The notes below the pieces were generated by a model. The model had not been told where the DNA came from. It saw nothing but the letters and a program-made list of their open reading frames with translations, and made no database searches. From Reclinomonas americana ATCC 50394 (Eukaryota): DNA of 34,317 nucleotides. Each line of letters starts with the position of its first letter. The stretch's first letter is position 1. Made by a program: the position numbers and the translations under genes. Below are positions 10,772 through 20,878 of the stretch, one piece after another. Location of the stretch: the NCBI GenBank assembly GCA_048213135.1, contig PS015223.1:1-34317 (forward strand), in the 5' to 3' direction.

Positions 10772-12349
10772 TCCGCGCTCGCCTGGAGGAAATCGGCCGC
10801 AAGGTCAACCTGGGCGCGTATGAGGAGGAAGAGATGCAGCGGTGAGTCTTGTGTCTCCTGCATGTTTTCGCTTATTTGTCAGCATGTCCTCTCATCTCTG
10901 TCGACGCGCAGTGAGCCATCGCCAGACTACGTTTACGATCGGTACGGCAAGCGCCAGAACACGCGTGATCAGGTCGTCAAGGATCGCCTCAACATTGAAC
11001 GACGTGATCTGGTCAAGAAAGCCATGCAAGTGTGGCCGCAGTTCAGAGTTGCGTGATGTTTTTGTTGATCGCGTGTGTGGTTGTTTGATGTTTGAAAATG
11101 GATGCTCGTTCCTTGCAGCCGCCGGTTGACATGAAGCCGGAGAACCTGCGCATCACGAAGAAGATCCCCATTCCGTACAAGAAGTACCCGGACTACAATT
11201 TTATTGGTGCGTGATGGCACTGTCGTTTTCTCACCCGCGGCCTCTCACTGACACACTTTCTGCCTCAACAGGTTTGATTATCGGTCCGCGTGGCAACACT
11301 CAGAAGCGCCTGACGCGTGAAACCGGTTGCAACATTGCCATTCGTGGCAAGGGTTCCACAAAGGAGGGCAGAGTTGCGTCGATCTCTATTGCTCACTGCC
11401 CACTCTCTGTCTCACTCCCTCTCTCTATCCACAGTCCAATCGCCCGCAGCCAGGCGATGATGAAGATTTGCACGTGGCTGTGACCGGTGACACCATGGAG
11501 CAAGTCGATAAGGTTTTGTGATTATTTTCCTCTCCTCCTTCCATCCCCGTTCACTCACTCACTCCTTCCTCCTTCCTCCTCCTCACCCCAGGCCGTCAAG
11601 ATGATTGAAAAGCTCTTGGTGCCCATCGACGACGACCTGAACGACTGGAAGCGCAAGCAGCTGGAGGAGCTGGCCAAGATCAATGGTAGGCACACACAAA
11701 TTAGCTCTCCTCCCTTGCTTCTTTTCTTTCTCACACTGCTCCTCCCCCAGGCACATTGCGCGACGATCGACAGGAGGGCGGCTCCGGCAGGCATACCGAC
11801 CAGTACTTTGCTGGTGGCGCTGGCATGGCCGGTGGCGCCGGTGCTGCCGGTGGCCGTGGCAACTCGCGCATGGATGAAGAGTATCAGGATTTCATGGCGG
11901 AAATCGAAGGCAAGGATCGCTCCGCGCGCGCAGCACCACCGCCACCTCCACCACCGCCATCAGCCGGCGGTTACGGTGGCGGCATGCTACCGGCACCTGC
12001 CATGGCGCCCGGTATGGCTCCTGGCCTGGCACCGGGCATGGCTCCCAGCTACTATCCGCCACCCGCGGCAGCCTACCCCGGCTACCCACCACCGCCGCCG
12101 CCGGCCGCGTACGGTGGATATCCGGGCTATGGTGTGCCGGTACCTCCAGCTCCTGGTGCTCCGTGGGGCGCGGTAAGTCTCTCTTTCTGTTTGTGTTGAA
12201 TCCTTTTTGTGGCTGTCGTTTGTTCACCAGTGATTCTTGATTCATTCGTGCAGCCGGCACCGTGGGGTGATCCGTCACAGCAGCAGCAGCAGCAGCAACA
12301 ACAACCGTGGGCCACGCAATCATACGACCAACGGCCTCCGGGATTGTAA
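10772..12349 (+). CDS. SF1: Splicing factor 1 / BBP, exons 2-9 (helix-hairpin, KH-QUA2, Pro-rich tail)
   Basis: Spliced frame gives [40 protein letters not shown]...[36 protein letters not shown] and [12 protein letters not shown]. Stop TAA 12347-12349. Confidence 0.95.
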
Positions 12350-12486
12350 TAGCAACACCGTGTCGCGTGCTCCCCCTTCTGTGTGCATGTGTGCCGGGTT
12401 TCCGTAAAGAGAGGTGCAGCTGGTCTTTGTGCATTCACTCGCTTGCTTCTTTTATTTGCCAGACACGGTTTACAGACAAGTTGGGA

Positions 12487-14623
12487 TTAGAGTACCACAC
12501 CCTCGGGCATGTGTGATTGCAGAATGGATATCTCCCCTGCCGCCAGACCAACGCCCGACTCGCGGATTCCATCTGCATAGCACACGTGTGCGTAAGAGTG
12601 GGAGTGTCTTGTGTGATTCCTTGCGACGACGTGAAATACCGTAGAACTCGCGAATTCGACTCTTGCACTCCACACGCTTCATGGCCAGCGCGTATCGCGG
12701 ATGACCGAGGACGCGAATCACGTCCGACACAAAGGCCGGCTCGAACGGTGGCTCGATCATGCCCAGCAACTGCATCGCCAGCGTAAGCACCTTACGCGCA
12801 CACACGACGGCGCAATGCGACATTCTCACCTCCATCATGCACTCGCGAATGAACGACAGATCGACGCTGTCGGAGGCGGCAAACTCGGCAAGTGCCGCCA
12901 GTGTCGCGTCGACGTGACCCAACTGAGCCAGCTGCACGAATATGGGGACAAACTGATTGCGATAGCCGACCTGTGCGTTCGCCATGGTGGCAGTGAGCAC
13001 TGAGCGACTCAATCTCTCTCTCCTCAGCACACACACACACCAACGGAGCCGGCTCGATCTTCTCCACAGTGGACGACACAATCTCCTTGGCCACGCGATA
13101 CACATGCAGTCGCTGTCGCGCTTGCCGTTCGTTGATCTGCGGGGAGGCTGGGTGAGATACAGAAGGGGGGGCACTTGGGAGATGCACAAACACGCGAACG
13201 GACCAGCAGCAGAATGTTGACAAAGGTGTTCACCGTGGCCGTGTCCTTGTACGCATCGCCGTGGAACTCGGCATCGGCAAACAGTGCACGCACCCACAGC
13301 AGCACACCGGCGCACACCAACGGAACACTATCCGTCCAAGTGAGTGGGGGGAATGGCAAAGAACATTTCGCGCAGAATCACACACTCCNNNNNNNNNNNN
13401 NNNNNNNNNNNNNNNNNNNNNNNNNNNNNNNNNNNNNNNNNNNNNNNNNNNNNNNNNNNNNNNNNNNNNNNNNNNNNNNNNNNNNNNNNNNNNNNNNNNN
13501 NNNNNNNNNNNNNNNNNNNNNNNNNNNNNNNNNNNNNNNNNNNNNNNNNNNNNNNNNNNNNNNNNNNNNNNNNNNNNNNNNNNNNNNNNNNNNNNNNNNN
13601 NNNNNNNNNNNNNNNNNNNNNNNNNNNNNNNNNNNNNNNNNNNNNNNNNNNNNNNNNNNNNNNNNNNNNNNNNNNNNNNNNNNNNNNNNNNNNNNNNNNN
13701 NNNNNNNNNNNNNNNNNNNNNNNNNNNNNNNNNNNNNNNNNNNNNNNNNNNNNNNNNNNNNNNNNNNNNNNNNNNNNNNNNNNNNNNNNNNNNNNNNNNN
13801 NNNNNNNNNNNNNNNNNNNNNNNNNNNNNNNNNNNNNNNNNNNNNNNNNNNNNNNNNNNNNNNNNNNNNNNNNNNNNNNNNNNNNNNNNNNNNNNNNNNN
13901 NNNNNNNNNNNNNNNNNNNNNNNNNNNNNNNNNNNNNNNNNNNNNNNNNNNNNNNNNNNNNNNNNNNNNNNNNNNNNNNNNNNNNNNNNNNNNNNNNNNN
14001 NNNNNNNNNNNNNNNNNNNNNNNNNNNNNNNNNNNNNNNNNNNNNNNNNNNNNNNNNNNNNNNNNNNNNNNNNNNNNNNNNNNNNNNNNNNNNNNNNNNN
14101 NNNNNNNNNNNNNNNNNNNNNNNNNNNNNNNNNNNNNNNNNNNNNAGTCTCTCTCACACACATCCACCTCACCTGCGGCTTTCCCTCTGCCTTGATGTAG
14201 CGCAACAGCAGTGTGAATGTGTCGCGCGACAGAATTGCATCGTCGGCCTTGAGTCGCTCTTCGCACTCTCGCCGTGTGCCCTCATTGGAGGCCGCCACTG
14301 CCGCCGCAGCCGCAGCAGCACCTGTTCCCGCTGAGGATGACGAAGATGAAGAGGAAGAAGAAGCGGGAAACGATGGTGGTGTCAATGTTGCAGGTGGCGA
14401 TGGAGATGTGCCCGTCGCAGTACGCTGCACACAGGCACACATGCACACACGCACATGCACAGGGAGGGAGGGAGAGGTGAGTGGCATGCATTGATCACAC
14501 ACACATCTCTGCAACATGCACACTCAGTCTCGCCTTGTCTCTCTCTGTCTGTCTGTTGTCTGCGTGTGTGTGAGTCTTCCACTCTACTCTGCATCTCACC
14601 TGCCGCGGCGGTGGTGGCTCCAT
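12487..14623 (-). CDS. NELFCD: Negative elongation factor C/D (TH1-like); central part hidden in gap 13389-14145
   Basis: N-terminal ECEERLKADDAILSRDTFTLLLRYIKAEGKPQ and C-terminal PLVCAGVLLWV...VDLSFIRECMMELLGMIEPPFEPAFVSDVIRVL align by eye with TH1L segments (EC...D.I....F..L.RY..AGG.P; PVVAMGVLKWV; DISLIRYFVTEVLDVIAPPY). Stop TAA 12487-12489. ATG 14623 is tentative. Confidence 0.8.
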
Positions 14624-14693
14624 GATATACACACGCGTATGCTTTGCAAAGGGCGGGGTCGTCCTTCGTTCCTCTTGTCCTCCGGGAAAACCA
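14624..14693. promoter_or_regulatory. Candidate 70-bp bidirectional promoter between NELF-C/D and GH30, with a GC box
   Basis: Divergent ATGs at 14623 (-) and 14694 (+); GGGCGGGG at 14651-14658. Confidence 0.4.
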
Positions 14694-17199
14694 ATGCATC
14701 GACGCGCGTGGGGTCTCCTGCTCTTGTTGCTGCTTCTTCTGGCACTGTCTGTCAGCAGCGCACTTGCCACATGGACAGCGCCTCCACAAGCTGTGCAAGT
14801 TGCGTGGCAGAGAACGAGCGGAACATACTCTCGGTGTGACTCTGACGCTGACTGTGTCTCTCTCACACGCATGCAGGTGGTGCAGAGTGCGCGCGACACT
14901 GGTGATCGATGGGCCACCAAACGTTACACCCTCCCGCGCACTGTTCTCTGCTCGGCCTTCCTCTCTCATTGTCTCTGCATCAGCTTCTATCCCATTTGTT
15001 CCGGCGCATCAGTTCCTGCTGGAGGATGTGGCAGCTTCGGAGGCGCCGCTGCAGCAACAGCAACTGTTGACAGTGAACATCACTGATCGGTATCAGCCGC
15101 TGAAGGGCTTTGGTGGAGCCATCACGGACGCGGTGGCGCACATTTTTGATGAGATGTCGGCGGAGCTGCAGGCGGAGGTGAGAGAGTGCAGAGGGAGTGA
15201 GGGGGGCTGTGAAGGACAAACTGATGTGATGTCGCGTCTTCGTGCAGGCGCTCGACCACATCTGGGGCGACAGGTGTGTCATTCTCTTGTCATGAACGTG
15301 TACATGGTATTAACATTGTTTGCGCGTTCGTATTATGCTCTCAGTGGACTCAAGTATGTCTTCACGCGGCTGACGATCGGGAGCTGCGACTTTTCCGTCG
15401 GCAGCTATTCGTACGACGACAGCGAGGGCGACTACAACATGGAGCACTTCTCGGTGGCTCACGACGAAGAGGTGTGTGCGACAGATCAAGTCGCGAGTTT
15501 CTTTTCCCTCACGGTTGTCGCAGAAAATCATCCCGCTCATTCACCGCGCCATGGACACGGCGGCCAAGTACAACCGCACCATCACCTTCTTGTCCACACC
15601 GTGGTCGCCGCCGGGTACGAGCCATTCGCTTCGTGGGTTTATTAACTGCGCTGACTCGTGTGTTTGCCTGTCTTGCAGCGTGGATGAAGCGCAATGTGAG
15701 CAATTATCCCTCTCGCTGCTACTCTTTTCCTTCGCGAACCTGACAATGTTCCGCAGCACGACATGCGCAACTCTGACAAGCCTGGACTGATTCAAGACCC
15801 AAAGATCTTCTCCGCCTGGGCCTTGTACCTGTCCAAGTTGAGTGCGCGTATCCTCTTGTTCGTCTCGCCGCAGCAGCAAATAAAACTCATCGCATGGTCA
15901 CTCGCAGGTACGTCACCGAGTACGGGAAGCGAGGTGTGCAAATCTCGGCCATCACTGTGGAGGTTGGTCTCATTTTGCACAATGCTGATATCGGTTCACT
16001 CACCAAATTACCGCCGACGCAGAACGAGCCGCACGTGTGTGAGCAGGCGAGTCTCCTTGATCTCTTTGACGATCTCTTCTCCGTTGCTAATATCCACCCA
16101 GTTCCTCGTCACCTACGAGTGCTGCTGTTTCAATGCCACGGAAGAAGCAAGCTTCCTGGCTGGCTATCTTGGTCCGCGACTCCGCGCCGACCACCCCTCT
16201 CTCCAGATCTACATCTACGATGATCAGAAGCCTCAGATGCCCGACTGTTGCGTCCCCTCCCTTCTTCAGTTTCGTCGCCATCTGCTGTGCCAACGACAAC
16301 ACGGCTGTGCAGACATCGCCTCTGTGATGAGCGATGCGATCGCGCGTCAGTATGGTTTGTTCAGCACACGTCGCTGTTGTTCGTCCAACGCTCTGTTGCT
16401 GACATTGCTGTTGTTGTAGTGGACGGAGGTACGAAGAGTGTGGTACGAGGTAACATTTCCTTCCTCGTTATCTCATTGCTGCGTTTCTCGCAGTGGCGTT
16501 TCACTGGTATGGCGGCAATCTGAAAAACGTTGCGTGCCTCCTCTCCTTGACCACGTGCGCGTCCATCTCCAACCTCCCTCTTGTGCAGTACCAGTACCTG
16601 GAGCAGGTGTACAAGAGCTTCCCGCAGCTGCCGCTCTACGCCTCGGAGGCCACACTGGAGGCACACTGGAAGCAGACGGATCACTGGGCGCAAGGCAGCA
16701 TGTGCGCACTACTGTGACAGATGTGCTCCACTCACTCAGTTGCACTCACTCCGCCCTCGATTATGGCAGGTATGCCGTGGATATTATCGGCGACATGAAT
16801 GCGCACACACGAATCTGGGTCGAGTGGAATGTGCTGCTTGACTCGGAAGGCGGACCGCAACATGCCCTCGGACCGTGCGACTCGCCGCTCCGCTACGATC
16901 GCGTCACCAAGAAACTGGAGTATGGCGAGCAGTACTGGCACATGGGTCACTTTTCGCGACACATACCGCCGGGCTCGGTACGCCTCGGCCTCAACCCCGT
17001 GCAAGATCCGCTGGGATCATTCATGGCGCTGGCGGCTGCCACGCCTGCTGGCGACGTTGTCGTCGTCGTGCTCAACCGCGGCAACGACCAGGTGCAGTTC
17101 GGGCTGCAGCTCGGCAACTACGTCGCTCCCATCACCATCCCGGCGCATGCCATTCAGACACTCACCATTCCGGCAGCTGCCGTCTCTCGGCAAATGTAA
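14694..17199 (+). CDS. Glycoside hydrolase family 30 (glucosylceramidase-like), secreted or lysosomal; about 16 exons
   Basis: Signal peptide [25 protein letters not shown]. Motifs YQPLKGFGGAITDA, RLTIGSCDFS, STPWSPPAWMK, acid/base TVENEP, YVDGVAFHWY, nucleophile YASEA, WVEWNVLLDSEGGP and MGHFSRHIPPGS. Stop TAA at 17199. Confidence 0.95.
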
Positions 17200-17312
17200 G
17201 CATGCGGATGCCATCGGATGAGCAAAGCCAAAAGGAGGGTAAGGGAGAGATTTCACTGACGTATTCATGCGCTTGTTGCCAGTGATGTCGTCATCGTCGT
17301 CGTCGTCGCGAC

Positions 17313-20300
17313 TTATGGCTCGTACACCGGGAAGTTTGGCGTAGTCTGTGCTCTGGCGGATAAGCAGAAAGGAGACAAACACGCAGCACACGCTCAGACA
17401 GCACATGGCAACAGCGCACCGCAATGCCGCAGTTGTTCTGGCGGTTGCGTGCCATCTTCACGTAGCCACTGCAGGAGAAACGCATGTGAGCGAAACGACT
17501 GCTCAAAAGCTGGATCGCACAGGCAATGTGCCACGCAACTCATCACCCCAGTGGGTCGACCACGAGCTGCAGCACGGAACCCTAACACATCAGTGCCTAC
17601 CCTCTTGCACCGTATAATTTTCATCGCGAGTTCACGCAACTTCTGCACAATCCAGTAGTCCTGTCCGGCGCCGTCAGAGCCGTAGCCGACCACCAGAACG
17701 GCTGCGCAGCGAGCACAGCAATGTAAGTCAGGAAGAGTGTGTTGGAGACACATGCATCGACACGCACCGTGATCGAGGGAAGCCGGGTCGCTCTTGCACG
17801 TCGGCTCGTAGTACACACCTGCATGCATGCAAGTGAGTTAAATCATGCATACGCATTCCTTTGTCGCAAACCGGAGTCACGAACCAGATCCGTCTGTGTT
17901 CAACGATGTGAGTGTCACGAAGGCACACAACAGGAAACGAGGCACTCAGACACCACCACGCAACAGTAGATGAACGAGTCGGCCACCATGATGGCGACAG
18001 ACACCGGGCCGTGGGTGGCCACAGCATTCATCTGCGTGCACACACACGAGTGTTGCGAGTGAGAGTCTGCTGGGAGAAAGTGCGCCAGCTGACAACGAAC
18101 CAGGTCGTTCTCGTCGCCCGCCGTGGTGTTGAAGTACTTGGTGACCTTGGCCACAGGGAAGGTGGGGTGGCAGAAGCCTGGGCGAGCAGAGAAAGAGAGC
18201 AAGAGCGTATTAGTATGCGCGGTATGAAAGAGGGTGAAGAACTCGTGCATACGCACCGTCAGCCATCAGGTACGGGTACTCCATCATGGCGCCAATGCCA
18301 CCGTTGTCGATGGCGTACTGGAAGACGTCCCACTCGTTGCCACCGTTGCAAGCTGTACGACAAAAAAACACAGTCATCGGTAAGAGGCGCTTGGGCACAT
18401 TGATTGTTGCCGCGGCACATACCCTGGTTGTCTGCAGAGAGAAAATCAATGAGTTCAGGAATTCATGAACGCATATGTGGAAAAGCAAACTCAACTCGGG
18501 TAGTCCCACATGCAGTCCATGGCCTGCTGGGGCGACAGGTTGGCCTGCACAGGGAAACATGAGGTGTCAGTCGTCATGCAGGTGTCCGTATAATGGCAGC
18601 CGCCGGAGAGCACACACCAGAATGCCTGCGAGAGTGAGGCAAGCACGCAGCAGTGAGCGTTGAGTGCTGTGACAATTTCAACAAGCTGCATGCACGCACC
18701 AGTCTTGATGGCCCACATGGAGGCAATGGAGCCGGTGCCGGAGAACGCCCAGCAGCTGCCGCACACTGCGGGGAAAAGAATGAGGGGATGAGATGTGAAA
18801 AGTCGGCGAACAGGCCTCGCCGCATACGTACCACCCTACGCACACAGAAACACAGAAGAGAAAGACATGTGAGACAACATGGATGACCAGAGCGTGACCC
18901 GCTTCATAAGGCTAACCTGGTCGCGCACTGGCAGCACAACATTCTTGCTGCGCCAGTCGAACGCCGGGGGGACCGGGGCGCCCTGCGTCACGAGTGCGTG
19001 AGGACGAGATCATTCATACAACGAGTGCGTGACAGCACTACTCACAGTGTGCTTGAACGTGGCGTGAGCATTGCTCGTCTCGGGGCGCCTGCAAGATCCA
19101 CCGCTGTGAGTACACTCACATTTCACAACGCGGCGGCGACACCGTGTACTCACGATCCGCGCTTCAGCAGCATGGTGGCGCGGAACTCCTCGGGGTGCCA
19201 GTCGGCCCACTTGTTGGCGCGCACTGCATTGTGATTATCATCAGCCACCAGCAACACACACATACAGCGCCACGAAAAGCGGTTCACGCAACGCTTGTGA
19301 GTCACATCGGTGCGCGCGTTGTGCTCGTTGATCAGACGCATGTTGCGCTCAAAGTTGGCGCGGCGTTGAGTGTACTCGTCGACGGTGGCGTACGACTGTG
19401 CGATTGGACGTATACAAATAATGAGCGGGGCACAGCAGGCGTCATCGACAGTGCATGATTGCGTGTTACCTTGCCAAACTCCTGCACAAACTCGTTGAAC
19501 TTGAGCGATGAGGCGTCGACGGCGTCGCTCATGTGCTGCGGGGACGGCATGATGCTGCGGAAGAACGAGCCCATGCGGTCGTGGCGGTGCATCGGTCCAT
19601 CCACGTCGCCGCGGGTGGCCGACGAGCTCTGGCAAATGTGCGGAACGATCAACATGTCCTCGCGCACCTCCTGCGGCCGGAAGAACAGGTAGTTGAAGAC
19701 GTACTCGTCGTAGTGCGAACCTGTGTGCACGGGAGTGAGAATCGAGGGTGGTGAGCACAGCGCGTGGTCTCTCGACTCACCACCAATGACATTGTAGCCG
19801 TACTGGATGTGGAAGCGCACGGGGCGGTTGTTGTCGTCGGCCGACACGTACATGGTGTAGTTGTTTTGCTGCAGTTGTGCTGCGGTTACAGAACGAAAGA
19901 GAGAAGACACAGACTCCCCAAACCAGAAGCTACCTTGGCACCATGCATCACCGTGTACTGCCACGCATTGCAACGGACACCTGCACGGGCGCACGCATCA
20001 GAAGGATACACATCGTCAGTCACACGAAACGGGAGCGCAACCAACCATCAATGTCGACGGGTGCCGAGGCCAGCGTGTAGCCGGTGAGGTCGGGCAGCAG
20101 GGAGGTGAGCGGCGGCGGCGAGTGGTGGAACACACCGATCTGCAGGCCACACACACGCACAGAGTGAGCATGTCATCATGACACACATGCTGGTGTCGGA
20201 ACTCAACGTAGCACGTCTCCACATCCTTGCGCGGGTAGAGCTCAAACGTGGTGTTGAGGTCGTTGCGGTACAGCGTGGTGTCCATGCCTAGGCACAAGAG

Positions 20301-20788
20301 TGAGCAATGCAGAGACTCAAAAGAGAGACAAAGAGAGAGAGCAAAAAGCACACCATCATAGTAGCGAATGGCCTCGCGACCCGAATCACGGTCGAGAGTC
20401 ACTTCAATGGGCTGCATCACAGAGTGTGTATCTGTGTGTGTTAGTGCACGCGCGCATACACACGAGGAGAGAGAAGACCAAGAAGAAAAAAGTCACCTCG
20501 CGAATGTGCGCATAAGGCCTGCATGCAATCAGTGTGTGTGAGGAATACCAATCATGATGCACACACACGCGGAAAAAACGACGCAACAGCTCAAGCACGA
20601 GGGCCATGGTGTACTGCGCACACACATCATGTGAGAGACTTGTGTGTTTACGTGCTCTCTCTGTGAATGCACACCTTGCTGGGCCACATAGGCGGTGCCA
20701 CTGCAGCAGCATCGGCCTCGGGGGCAAGCACGGCCGCTGCAACAAGCAGCAACAGAGCGGCGACAAGGAGAGCACTCACTCGGCGCAT
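17313..20788 (-). CDS. Papain-family (C1A) cysteine protease of the 26/29-kDa / CfaD type (N-terminal extension, I29 propeptide, catalytic domain); 27 exons
   Basis: Signal peptide from ATG 20788. GYNVIGGSHYDEY marks the 26/29-kDa family. ERFNIN-like EYTQRRANFERNMRLINEHN. Catalytic-domain motifs FDWR, PVRDQGVCGSCWAFS, LDHAVLVVGYG, YWIVQNSWSTHWGDDGY and NNCGIATTPNFP. Stop TAA 17313-17315. Confidence 0.95.
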
Positions 20789-20878
20789 GACAGCGGAGGA
20801 AAAATAAAAGTGAGAAAAGAGTCAGTCAAGTGGATTGAATTCATTGGATGCTTTCTTCCTTCTCCTCTCTCCTCTCGC

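Noticed and set aside
8616-11056. Long ORFs encoding EKERRRRGEGE / SFSSPSPLLLL repeats
   Set aside because: They are translations of an intronic 11-bp tandem repeat and N runs, not proteins.
14694-20788. Recent introner (repeated intron) family
   Set aside because: Beyond the donor hexamer and CA/GT- or CT-rich composition I see no shared internal sequence or terminal repeats among introns; only a computed comparison could reveal weak similarity.
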